A stretch of DNA of 64,000 nucleotides. Origin: an uncultured Muribaculaceae bacterium. Its GTDB lineage: Bacteria > Bacillota_I > Bacilli_A > RF39 > UBA660. A model generated the notes under the pieces. The model did no database searches. It was not told where the DNA came from and was given only the letters and a program-made list of their open reading frames with translations. Below, one piece after another: positions 1-8,992 of the stretch. Position numbers and translations under genes: made by a program. The stretch spans positions 19,891-83,890 of the forward strand of contig CAYJKH010000003.1 of the NCBI GenBank assembly GCA_964371025.1, written 5' to 3'. Every line of letters begins with the position of its first letter. Positions within the stretch are counted from its first letter, which is position 1.

Positions 1-3000
1 TATATTTGACGATGGGATTTTTTTTCTAACATTCGGAATAACTGATGAATAATCACTTGCATCATTTAATTGAAGAGCTATATTTTGTTTAAAGTTTTGT
101 TTAATTCTATATCTTACTGTATTTGGAGCAGATGTTGTTAAAATAAAGACAATTCCATATTTTAAACAATCTCTAGTCATTTGTTCTAGTATTTCTGAAT
201 ATTCAGAATAGGCATCACTCATAGCTTCTATGTTATTTATAACAACTACAATAAGAGGTAGTTCTTTTCCACTATGATTTATATAGAAGTTATAGGAACC
301 ATTATATTCAACAAATAATTTTTTTCTATCTTCAATTGTTTGTGATAGCATTTTAAATAAATTTTTAATTTTTTCATCATCAATACTTAGTAGTACATCT
401 CCTACATGTGGAATATCCCTAAACATAGTTAATGTTTCGGCTCCAAAATCTACTAAATAAAAATTCACTTCTTCTGGCATATGATTTGTTATAGTTGAAT
501 AGATTAAACTAGATATCATTAATTCTTTTCCACTACCAGCTGATCCAAAAATTATAGTATTTCCTTCAAGTGATAAAGGTAACGTTAATAATCCTTGTTT
601 TTGGTTATTTGGATCATCATATTCACCGATTATTGGGTTAATAACATTTTTTTCTGCTATATAATTATATTTATTTTTAAGATCATCGATGTATATTACT
701 TCTGGTATTCGATCAAGCCATAACTGCTCCACGTTGATTTTTTCTTCATTAGAAATATTTACAATATATTTAACTATGTTCGTTACTTCTTCTCCTTGTG
801 ATTCAAGAATTTGATCATTCTTTTTATTTTCCAAAGATTTAACTGTATTACCAACATTATCAATAATATTAACTGATGTATCAACTTTTTTCTTACGTTT
901 TTCTGTAGGATAGTATTGTGCTCCTGCCCAAGATGATTGTCCCATAGCAAATAGTTCATTATATCCCACTTGCAAATAGAATCTTCCTGGATTTTTTAAA
1001 GTAGCAGCATCTGGAACTTTAATCATATCCATACTATCACTTCGATCTTGTACTTTTAAACATACTCTAAACTTTGAATTAGACCATATTTGATCATTAA
1101 CAACTCCACTTGGTTTTTGAGTTGCAAGAATTAAATGAACTCCTAAACTACGTCCAATTCGAGCAATAGAAATTAATTGTTCCATAAATTCTGGCTGTTG
1201 TGTTTTTAATTCGGCAAACTCATCACTTATTATAAATAAATGTGATATTGGTTCTTTTACTAACCCTTTACGATATAGTGATTGATATTTATAAATATCA
1301 ATTGTACTTTCATCTAGAGTATCTCTTGCTTTATTAAACATTTTTTGACGACGTCTTAACTCACTTTGAATTGATGATAACGATCTATTCATTTCAATAA
1401 TATCTAAGTTTGTTATTGTTCCTGCTAAATGAGGAAGTTTAAAACCAGTCTCTTTATTTTCAAAAATCCCTGCTAATCCTCCTCCTTTATAATCAATGAT
1501 TACAAAAGACACTTCATATGGATGATAATTTAGAGCCATTGATAAAATATAAGTAATTAAAAACTCAGACTTACCACTACCAGTCATTCCTGCTACTAAA
1601 CCATGAGGACCATAAAATTTTTCATGTAAATCAAGTTTAAATAATTCTTGGGATTGATCTACTCCTACTGGTGCAGCTAGGGAATTAATCGGATCGTTAT
1701 TCTTCCATCTATTTAAAATATTTAATTGTTCTATCATTCCAACATTATACATTTCTAAGAAACTTACACTATTAGGAAGTTTTCTATTTTCTTTTACCAT
1801 ATCTATTGGAATATTAGCTAATCTTTTACACGAATTATAAATATCAATATTTTCTAAATAATCTGCTGTAAATTCTTTTTGCTTATTAGATACTAGCTCA
1901 TTTTCAAAAATTCCTGATTTTTTATCTCCAATGCTTATAAATGTTTTTGTTTCATTTGGTAGATTTATTAATCTTGGACTAATTACTATTAAGCTAAATC
2001 CTAAATTTATTTTTGATGATGCTATGTCTTTTATTATTTCCACATCTCTTAAATTCTTATAATTATCAGTAACCACTATATAATATGGTTTATGACTTCT
2101 ATAATCTTTGGTAATTACATCTTTACCTTCTTCTTTACCTGCTGTTTTTCGGTGTTGAAACTCTTTTTCAATAGACAATGACAATTCTTTAACTTCATCT
2201 AATGTAGTTGCAAAATATCTTATTGTTTTGTCATCACTCCAACAATGAGGTAGTACTTTTAAAAATTCCCAATTTGATTTGTTTTTTTCATTAGTTAAAA
2301 ATACTATTTTTAAGTCCTCATAACTGTGATATGTCATCATCTGCAATAACAAACCTTTTATAAAATCTATTTTTTTATCTCCATTTCCAATAATAGCAGA
2401 AACATTATTTTTAATAAAAGACGTTGATATTGGAACATTTTCTAAAATTCTAGATTCTGCTCCTAGTTTATACACTTCTTCTAAAAGGTTATCTTCTTCA
2501 ATACTAAAATGTTTTTCTGGGAATTTGATATTTCCACTTAATAGAGTTGATCCTATTCCAATTCTTAAATCTAAAAAATCATCTTGAGCTATTTCACGTT
2601 CCCATAAATTTCTTTTTTTATTAACTATAATATTATTAGTTTCCTCTAATGGTAAATAATTATCTATTAATATTTGACGTTGTTTTTCCATTTCATTCTT
2701 TATTTCTTGTCGTTTAACTTCGATATATTCACTATATTTCTTTTGTCTTTCTTTTTCTCTTTTAACTTGCTGTCTTTTTTGGAATGTCTTGGATAATAAG
2801 GGCCATAATAACATAGTAGATAGCATTGCAAAGGTTATGATTAAAGTTGGGATAGCATCAGATATATCTTTTGTTCCATCTATTACTCCAGATAAAGATG
2901 TATATCCCATTGATACTGACATCATGGACATTGTTAACATTGGACCAATAGTATATATAGCAGGCATTTTTTCTTTGTTTTCTTTCGCAGGAGGTGAATC

Positions 3001-3738
3001 AATTATAATATTTACGTCCTCTATTTTTGTTTTAAATCTTGGAGATCTATAAAAATAGTCTTGTTCGTTAAAAAACTCCACTACTTCTTCTTCTGAATTA
3101 TCAAATTCTATTTGTTTTTGAACTACTTCTTCTTTAATATGAAAATTAGACATATTAATTTTTATTAAATTCCCTATTTCATTAACTACTAAATAATCTT
3201 TCAAGACAATAATTTTAAGACCCATAATAAAAATTATATCCCCATATTTTAAGTTTTTTGATACGACAACCTCATTATTTACATATGTTCCATATTTACT
3301 ATTTAGATCTTGAATTACCCATGTATTATTTTTATAAAATAATCTTGCGTGTTTATTAGATATAACTGGATAATTATAACTTATATGTGAATCAGCACTA
3401 TTACCAATAATAATTTCCATTTCCTTTGATACTTGTAATTTTTTTATATTGTTTTCATATGAAGGAGAACAATATAGAATAACATATTCATTATCATTAA
3501 TTTTCAAGAAAAACAAAGCATAATCGCTTAAAATAGCAGATGATACTTCTTTATTTCCACTCATTATCTTTGTTTCAAAGTCACTTTTGATTTTCCATTG
3601 TCCATTATATTCTTCTACGTTTATAAGATTTCTATTATTTCCAAGCTCATCTTCATCACTTATCCAATAGTTTCCATTAATAATAGTAGGCAAAGTAAAA
3701 TTATATATACGCGATTTCTTAATTAATCTAACTATCAC
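1..3738 (-). CDS. essC: EssC/YukB-family type VII secretion FtsK/SpoIIIE ATPase. N-terminal FHA domains, a TM segment and at least two P-loop ATPase domains are present; the C-terminus lies beyond the window start.
   Basis: Manual translation of the minus strand from a GTG at 3738 (AGGTGG RBS at 3743-3748) gives an FHA-like N-terminus (KHARLFYKNNTWVIQDLNSKYGTYVNN). A TM stretch follows (IYTIGPMLTMSMMSVSM...IPTLIITFAMLSTMLLWPLL). Walker A motifs GMTGSGKSE and FGSAGSGKE are present. The block HLFIISDEFAELK...RIGRSLGVHLILATQKPSGVV...KFRVCLKVQDRSDS is near-identical to Staphylococcus EssC. The ORF track omits it because it runs off the window. Confidence 0.85.
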   Translation of the reverse strand, partial: MIVRLIKKSRIYNFTLPTIINGNYWISDEDELGNNRNLINVEEYNGQWKIKSDFETKIMSGNKEVSSAILSDYALFFLKINDNEYVILYCSPSYENNIKKLQVSKEMEIIIGNSADSHISYNYPVISNKHARLFYKNNTWVIQDLNSKYGTYVNNEVVVSKNLKYGDIIFIMGLKIIVLKDYLVVNEIGNLIKINMSNFHIKEEVVQKQIEFDNSEEEVVEFFNEQDYFYRSPRFKTKIEDVNIIIDSPPAKENKEKMPAIYTIGPMLTMSMMSVSMGYTSLSGVIDGTKDISDAIPTLIITFAMLSTMLLWPLLSKTFQKRQQVKREKERQKKYSEYIEVKRQEIKNEMEKQRQILIDNYLPLEETNNIIVNKKRNLWEREIAQDDFLDLRIGIGSTLLSGNIKFPEKHFSIEEDNLLEEVYKLGAESRILENVPISTSFIKNNVSAIIGNGDKKIDFIKGLLLQMMTYHSYEDLKIVFLTNEKNKSNWEFLKVLPHCWSDDKTIRYFATTLDEVKELSLSIEKEFQHRKTAGKEEGKDVITKDYRSHKPYYIVVTDNYKNLRDVEIIKDIASSKINLGFSLIVISPRLINLPNETKTFISIGDKKSGIFENELVSNKQKEFTADYLENIDIYNSCKRLANIPIDMVKENRKLPNSVSFLEMYNVGMIEQLNILNRWKNNDPINSLAAPVGVDQSQELFKLDLHEKFYGPHGLVAGMTGSGKSEFLITYILSMALNYHPYEVSFVIIDYKGGGLAGIFENKETGFKLPHLAGTITNLDIIEMNRSLSSIQSELRRRQKMFNKARDTLDESTIDIYKYQSLYRKGLVKEPISHLFIISDEFAELKTQQPEFMEQLISIARIGRSLGVHLILATQKPSGVVNDQIWSNSKFRVCLKVQDRSDSMDMIKVPDAATLKNPGRFYLQVGYNELFAMGQSSWAGAQYYPTEKRKKKVDTSVNIIDNVGNTVKSLENKKNDQILESQGEEVTNIVKYIVNISNEEKINVEQLWLDRIPEVIYIDDLKNKYNYIAEKNVINPIIGEYDDPNNQKQGLLTLPLSLEGNTIIFGSAGSGKELMISSLIYSTITNHMPEEVNFYLVDFGAETLTMFRDIPHVGDVLLSIDDEKIKNLFKMLSQTIEDRKKLFVEYNGSYNFYINHSGKELPLIVVVINNIEAMSDAYSEYSEILEQMTRDCLKYGIVFILTTSAPNTVRYRIKQNFKQNIALQLNDASDYSSVIPNVRKKIPSSNI

Positions 3739-3773
3739 TTTACCACCTCAACCTATTATTCTATTCTTATATC

Positions 3774-3802
3774 ATTATAACTTTTTTTTCTATTTATTAC
3801 AA
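3774..3802 (-). promoter_or_regulatory. Sigma-A-type promoter for essC (-35 TTGTAA, 17-nt spacer, -10 TATAAT)
   Basis: Minus-strand reading: TTGTAAtaaatagaaaaaaaagtTATAAT, located about 35 nt upstream of the essC start. Confidence 0.5.
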
Positions 3803-3832
3803 TAAAAAAATTCGTAAACATAAGTTTGCGAA
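3803..3832 (-). terminator. Rho-independent terminator downstream of rpsI (hairpin ttcgcaaac/gtttacgaa followed by a U-run)
   Basis: Inverted repeat at 3811-3832 followed on the minus strand by eight U residues (plus-strand A-run 3803-3810). Confidence 0.55.
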
Positions 3833-3851
3833 CTTTTTATACAGTTTATAA

Positions 3852-4277
3852 TTATCTTTTTGAGAACTGTGGTGCACGACGTGCTTTTTTAAGACCTGGT
3901 TTTTTACGTTCTTTTTTACGAGAATCTCTTGTAACAAATCCTGCTACTTTTAATGTTTTTCTATAACTATTTTCTGAAGTTGCTGGAGTATTAATATCAT
4001 ATTGTAATAATGCTCTAGTAATTCCTAAACGAATTGCTCCAGTTTGTCCTGAAAAACCTCCACCACTAACTTTACAATCAACATCAAAAATTTCTGTTGT
4101 GTTAGTAATATCTAATGGTTGTGATAAATCTTTCACTAATACATCGTATGGTAAATATTCTTTAACATCTTGCCCATTAACAGTTATTTTTCCAGTACCA
4201 GGTGTTAAAGTAACTTTTGCAATACTTGTTTTTCTACGTCCTGTTCCGTAATAAGTTTTCTTATCTGTTTTTGCCAT
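3852..4277 (-). CDS. rpsI: 30S ribosomal protein S9
   Basis: 141 aa; the basic C-terminus ...[12 protein letters not shown] is typical of S9. Confidence 0.95.
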   Translation of the reverse strand: MAKTDKKTYYGTGRRKTSIAKVTLTPGTGKITVNGQDVKEYLPYDVLVKDLSQPLDITNTTEIFDVDCKVSGGGFSGQTGAIRLGITRALLQYDINTPATSENSYRKTLKVAGFVTRDSRKKERKKPGLKKARRAPQFSKR

Positions 4278-4290
4278 AACTTAAACCCTC

Positions 4291-4722
4291 CTACTTAACT
4301 TCTAGCACACTTGGTTTTTGTGCTTCGTGTTTATGATTTGCATCTGCATAAACAAATAATTTTTTATACATTTGTCTTCCTAGTCTATTATGAGGTAACA
4401 TACCTTTAACAGCTTTTTCCATCATTTCAACTGGATATTTTTCAATCATAACTTTTAATTTTCTTTCTCTTAATCCACCTGGATATTGAGAATGAGAATA
4501 ATAAACCTTATTTTCTAATTTGTTTCCTGTAACTTTAATTTTATCACAGTTAATAATTATTACATTATCACCACAATCAATATGAGGTGTATAAGTAGGT
4601 TTATTTTTACCACGTAAGTAAGTAGCTGCTAAAGTTGCCACTCTACCCATTGATATTCCTTCTGCATCAATAACATACCAGTTACGTTCTACAGTTTCCT
4701 TTTTTTGCATAAAACTTTTCAT
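4291..4722 (-). CDS. rplM: 50S ribosomal protein L13
   Basis: 143 aa. Conserved L13 N-terminus (...WYVIDAEG...GR.AT..A..L.GK.KP.YTPH.D.GD). Confidence 0.95.
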   Translation of the reverse strand: MKSFMQKKETVERNWYVIDAEGISMGRVATLAATYLRGKNKPTYTPHIDCGDNVIIINCDKIKVTGNKLENKVYYSHSQYPGGLRERKLKVMIEKYPVEMMEKAVKGMLPHNRLGRQMYKKLFVYADANHKHEAQKPSVLEVK

Positions 4723-4821
4723 TTCTTTTCTCCTTATATGTAAACTTGACTTCCCACGGTCTAGTTCACCGGGATTTCATGTACCGATTTAAATTATACT
4801 AAAATATGTATAAATAGTCAA
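4723..4821 (-). promoter_or_regulatory. rplM promoter (-35 TTGACT, 17-nt spacer, -10 TATAAT) plus an approximately 50-nt structured 5' leader. This is a candidate L13 ribosomal-protein leader.
   Basis: Minus strand reads TTGACTatttatacatattttagTATAAT. The leader is UUAAAUCGGUACAUGAAAUCCCGGUGAACUAGACCGUGGGAAGUCAAGUUUACAUAUAAGGAGAA, a GC-rich stem-forming island in otherwise AT-rich DNA. Confidence 0.4.
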
Positions 4822-4889
4822 TTCTTTTTTTTATATCTTATCTTTTTAAGTTAATTATATGTTATAATTGTCATAGCGAGGTGATTAAT

Positions 4890-5291
4890 TTGAAAAAAAT
4901 ACTTACTTACGGGACTTTTGATTTATTTCATCAAGGCCATGTCAGACTATTAAAAAGAGCTAAATCTTTAGGAGATCATTTAACTGTTTGCTTATCTACA
5001 GATGAATTTAATTTGCTTAAAGGGAAAACTTCATACCATAATTATGAAATTAGAAAAGAAATTTTAGAGGCTATTAAATATGTAGATTTAGTTATACCAG
5101 AAAAAAACTGGGAACAGAAAAAACACGATATAATTTCAAATAATATTGACGTTGTTGTTATGGGAAGTGATTGGAAAGATAGTGATAAGTTTAATTATTT
5201 AAAAGAATACTGTGAAGTAATCTTTTTAGATAGAACAGAGGGGATTTCAACATCTGATATAAAGAGTGATTTAAAAAAAATAAATACTTAG
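4890..5291 (+). CDS. tagD: Glycerol-3-phosphate cytidylyltransferase (TagD/TarD family), probably using a TTG start
   Basis: MKKILTYGTFDLFHQGHVRLLKRAKSLGD aligns colinearly with B. subtilis TagD (MKKVITYGTFDLLHWGHIKLLERAKQLGD). The GAGGTGA RBS at 4877-4883 is spaced for TTG at 4890. The ORF-track GTG at 4881 lies inside that RBS. Confidence 0.85.
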   Translation: MKKILTYGTFDLFHQGHVRLLKRAKSLGDHLTVCLSTDEFNLLKGKTSYHNYEIRKEILEAIKYVDLVIPEKNWEQKKHDIISNNIDVVVMGSDWKDSDKFNYLKEYCEVIFLDRTEGISTSDIKSDLKKINT

Positions 5292-5313
5292 TGATTACAC
5301 TAAGTATTTTTTT
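5272..5313. terminator. Bidirectional rho-independent terminator serving tagD (+) and the M23 gene (-)
   Basis: Perfect 11-bp stem (aatacttagtg / cactaagtatt) with loop atta, flanked by an A-run upstream and a T-run downstream. Confidence 0.7.
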
Positions 5314-6481
5314 ATCTATTATTAAATGAAGATGGAATATTTATATAATTTACGGGATTAAATGTACTACTTTGATATTGCCCCCAAGTACATCCACCTC
5401 CAGTATTCCAATCACATGATGTTATTTCTAAATGTAAATGTGCTCCAAAAGAATATCCAGTATTTCCCATATCCCCAATAGTAGTCATATGAGTTACATA
5501 TTGTCCTTCTTTTATATTGGCAAATTTAGATAAATGAGCATACGTTGAATATAAGTATCTACCATTATAGTTATGTCTAATCTTAACTACTAATGCTCCG
5601 TACATGTCATAATATATTTTAAATATTTGTCCATTCGCAATTGGATATAACGCAATAGTTTTATCACTAGAACCTAAATCAATTCCCATATGAGCTAATC
5701 CTTTATATGGTTGTGTAACATAACCATGTTCCATAGGTCTATAGAAACCATTAGTTGACGGAATAGATGCTGAACTTCCTGAGTTTTGACTTATACGATA
5801 TTGACAAGCTTGAATATCTTCATTAGCTCCACAGCCTAGGCTTTTATAATATTTAACGTTAGCTTCCGCTGATTTAATTTGTTGTTCTAGTGCTGGAATA
5901 CCTTCTTTTAATGATGCAGTATCTTCTCCAATTCTTTCTTTTTCACTTTCAAGATTTTCCTCTAGCTCGATAAGTTCATTTTTACTTGCAGCTAGAGTTT
6001 CTTGTTTTTTGTTATTACTTTCAATTAAATCACGTAATTCTTTCATTATTTTTTCATTATACGCTGTTAATTGTTCTACAATTGACATTCTATAAACCAT
6101 GTCTGTAATACTACTAGAATCAAATACATATTCCATATATATATTTGTTCCTTCTGATATTTGACGATATCTAACAATTTCTTCACTTTCTTTAGTTTTT
6201 CTTTCAATTTCTAAATTACTTTCATTAATTTCTATTTGTAATGTTTCTATTTCATTTTCAGTATCAATTATTTCTTGTTCTATTACTGCTATTTCTGCTT
6301 TTATTTGTGCTACTTCAGCATCATTTTTAGCAATTCTGCTTAATTTATATTCTAAGTCTGCTGTAAATTCATCTACTTCTTTTTCAAACTCAGAAATGGT
6401 CTTTGCTTTAACATTCATTGGTAATACTGCAAATAGAGAAACAAATAGTGTAATTACTAAGGTTATTTTTACTTTTTTCAT
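5312..6481 (-). CDS. Secreted coiled-coil M23 (LytM-type) peptidoglycan metalloendopeptidase. Its architecture (coiled coil plus M23) is EnvC-like and it is probably partnered with FtsEX.
   Basis: Signal peptide, about 200 aa of E/K/I-rich heptad-like sequence, and a C-terminal M23 domain with H-MGID and GAHLHLE motifs. It lies immediately downstream of ftsE-ftsX. Confidence 0.8.
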   Translation of the reverse strand: MKKVKITLVITLFVSLFAVLPMNVKAKTISEFEKEVDEFTADLEYKLSRIAKNDAEVAQIKAEIAVIEQEIIDTENEIETLQIEINESNLEIERKTKESEEIVRYRQISEGTNIYMEYVFDSSSITDMVYRMSIVEQLTAYNEKIMKELRDLIESNNKKQETLAASKNELIELEENLESEKERIGEDTASLKEGIPALEQQIKSAEANVKYYKSLGCGANEDIQACQYRISQNSGSSASIPSTNGFYRPMEHGYVTQPYKGLAHMGIDLGSSDKTIALYPIANGQIFKIYYDMYGALVVKIRHNYNGRYLYSTYAHLSKFANIKEGQYVTHMTTIGDMGNTGYSFGAHLHLEITSCDWNTGGGCTWGQYQSSTFNPVNYINIPSSFNNR

Positions 6482-6482
6482 A

Positions 6483-7382
6483 TTACACCTTTAAATATTT
6501 CTTAACTGCTGTAGCAGATCCAATCATCCCTACTACCATTCCAGTTATAGCTAATATTAAAGATATTTTATACATAAATGGTTCTGGTTCTATTAACTCT
6601 AAAATAGGTGTTAATAATACTCCACCAAAATGATTATAAAAACTTAAATATCCATATGTTGCAAGTATAATAGGAACAATTGCTCCTAATAATCCTAAAA
6701 TCATACCTTCAAATATAAAAGGCATTTTTATAGTCATATTACTTGCTCCTACTAGTCTCATAATACTAATTTCTCTTTGTCTAGAGAAAATAGTCAATTT
6801 GATTGTATTAACAATTAAGAATACTGTTACGATAACTAAAGCTCCTACTGCTATATATGTTGCCACTTTAATAGTATCAAAAGCTGATATTAAAGTAGTT
6901 GCATATTCCTCACCATATCTTACTAAAGAAATATTCTCTATATTCTCAATAGTAGCAGCATCTTCATTAATTCGTTCTACTTCTTTTAAAGTAATTTGAT
7001 AAGTATTCATAAGTGGTAACTCATCATCTTCCCATGTATCTAAAATTTCATTCATTACATCAGAATCTTTTTGAATATTTTCTTTTACTTCTAATTTTGA
7101 TTCATACTTTATTTCTTTAACATTACTTATTTGTTTTATTTCTTCTTCTATTAATTTTATATCTTGTTCACTAGCTGATTCTTCAACAAAGGCAATTATT
7201 ACTAGTGAATCCTCTAAAGATTTTGTAAATACTTGAACATTAAATGTTGCAATTAAGGCAATCGCTACAATTACTAATGTAATAGCAGAACATGTAATAG
7301 AAGATAACGATAAAGAAAAATTTCTAAATACACTTTTAAAGGCATCTCTTAAACTTCTACCTAACATTCTAAACAACTTCAT
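6483..7382 (-). CDS. ftsX: Cell-division ABC-transporter-like permease FtsX
   Basis: N-terminus MKLFRMLGRSLRDAFKSVFRN resembles B. subtilis FtsX. Topology is one TM, an extracellular domain, then three C-terminal TMs. The start was chosen at the internal Met with RBS GAAAGGAA. Confidence 0.8.
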   Translation of the reverse strand: MKLFRMLGRSLRDAFKSVFRNFSLSLSSITCSAITLVIVAIALIATFNVQVFTKSLEDSLVIIAFVEESASEQDIKLIEEEIKQISNVKEIKYESKLEVKENIQKDSDVMNEILDTWEDDELPLMNTYQITLKEVERINEDAATIENIENISLVRYGEEYATTLISAFDTIKVATYIAVGALVIVTVFLIVNTIKLTIFSRQREISIMRLVGASNMTIKMPFIFEGMILGLLGAIVPIILATYGYLSFYNHFGGVLLTPILELIEPEPFMYKISLILAITGMVVGMIGSATAVKKYLKV

Positions 7383-8067
7383 TATTATACGTTCCTTTCT
7401 TAACAAAGCTTACTACTCTTCCTTCTTTTAAAGTAATAACTTGTTTTTTCATAGTATTAACTATATCTTTATCATGTGTTGCCATAATAATTGTAGTTCC
7501 ACGATCTTTATTAATTTTATCCAATACTTTCATTATTTCCATACTCATATCAGGATCTAAATTCCCGGTAGGCTCATCACAAATTAATAATTTTGGGTTA
7601 TTAACAATAGCTCGGGCTATTGCAACTCTTTGTTGCTCTCCACCTGATAGTTGAGTTGGATAATTATGTATTTTATTTTTTAGTCCAACATCTTCTAATG
7701 CTTTTAATACTTTTTCTCTTATTTCTATTTTAGGTGCTCCAATAACCTCTAAAGCAAATGCTACATTTTCAAAAACTGTTAGCTTTGGCAATAAACGATA
7801 ATCTTGAAAAACAATTCCTAGTTTTCTTCTTAATTTATATACTTTATGGTTTCTTAATTTTGCTACATTTAATCCCCCTAGAATTATTTGTCCATAAGTT
7901 GGTTTTTCCTCACGATAAAGCATTTTGATAAATGTTGATTTACCACTTCCAGAACTTCCTATAACAAAGGTAAATGAACCTTTTTCTATAGCTATATCTA
8001 AATTATGAATAGCAGTTACACCATTCTTATATTTTTTTATTACATCTTTTATTTTAATTAAATCCAT
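7369..8067 (-). CDS. ftsE: Cell-division ATP-binding protein FtsE
   Basis: Walker A GSSGSGKST, ABC signature LSGGEQQR, Walker B LLICDEPT. The start is placed at Met12 (MDLIKIKDV...), which has the better RBS. Confidence 0.85.
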   Translation of the reverse strand: MDLIKIKDVIKKYKNGVTAIHNLDIAIEKGSFTFVIGSSGSGKSTFIKMLYREEKPTYGQIILGGLNVAKLRNHKVYKLRRKLGIVFQDYRLLPKLTVFENVAFALEVIGAPKIEIREKVLKALEDVGLKNKIHNYPTQLSGGEQQRVAIARAIVNNPKLLICDEPTGNLDPDMSMEIMKVLDKINKDRGTTIIMATHDKDIVNTMKKQVITLKEGRVVSFVKKGTYNNEVV

Positions 8068-8125
8068 ATGATCACATCCTACTATCTTATATAATAACAT
8101 ATATCAATCTTTTAGTAAATGTTTA

Positions 8126-8992
8126 TTATTTCCCACCTTCCACTTGATAGGCGTCCGTAACTAAGAAAAATGCATTCTCATCTATTAATTTTATTCCCTC
8201 TGTTACTTTAAAGTATTCTCTACTTGGAATAACAGTTAACAAAACTTTACGTTTTTTCTCTAAAAATGCTCCTTTTACATCAAAAATTGTAACACTATGT
8301 TTCATTTCATTTATAATATACTCTTTTATTTTTACTTCTTCACTTGTAATAATATAGAAAGCTTTATTAGTAGATATTCCTAGTAATACTTTATCTATAA
8401 TAATACTATCAATATATATTATTATAATTGCATACATTGCTTTATCCCATCCTAAGAAGAATCCTCCGATTAAGATAATAACAGCATTCATAACTAGATT
8501 TGTTTTACTAATTGGTACTCTATAATATTTATATACTATTTGGCTTATTAATGGTAATCCTCCTGCTGATAAACCACTTTTATAAATTAATCCATTAGCT
8601 AGTCCTAATAATGCTCCAATAAAAATAACAAAAATAAATAAGTCGTCACTTGCTATTGATATAAGACTACTAAAATCACTAGTTAATTCTACAAACAATG
8701 GATATAATACTGTTCCAATTGCTGCTCCTAGTATTTTGTCTTTTTCTAAGAAGATTATCCCTAGTATTAGCGCTACAAAAGATATACAAAATAATACAAT
8801 AGCAGGTGATACTCCAAATAAATTATCTGTTATAATAGCAACCCCTGCTGTTCCACCAATTGTTAGGTGAGTTGGTATTAGTAAAATATTAAACACCAAT
8901 GCACTTAAAAATAAGGCGAATGTCATTATCAATATTCTTCTAATTATTTTTTGTTTATTTATTATATTTATAATTTCATTTACTTTTTCCAT
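8126..8992 (-). CDS. YitT-family (DUF161 / DUF2179) integral membrane protein, paralog A
   Basis: 288 aa with multiple TM segments. The C-terminal soluble DUF2179-like domain reads ...NAFFLVTDAYQVEGG. It is clearly paralogous to the adjacent gene. Confidence 0.7.
   Translation of the reverse strand: MEKVNEIINIINKQKIIRRILIMTFALFLSALVFNILLIPTHLTIGGTAGVAIITDNLFGVSPAIVLFCISFVALILGIIFLEKDKILGAAIGTVLYPLFVELTSDFSSLISIASDDLFIFVIFIGALLGLANGLIYKSGLSAGGLPLISQIVYKYYRVPISKTNLVMNAVIILIGGFFLGWDKAMYAIIIIYIDSIIIDKVLLGISTNKAFYIITSEEVKIKEYIINEMKHSVTIFDVKGAFLEKKRKVLLTVIPSREYFKVTEGIKLIDENAFFLVTDAYQVEGGK

Noticed and set aside
2789-3052. 87-aa plus-strand ORF
   Set aside because: It lies antisense within the essC coding sequence. 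No RBS is present. It is an AT-rich frame artefact.
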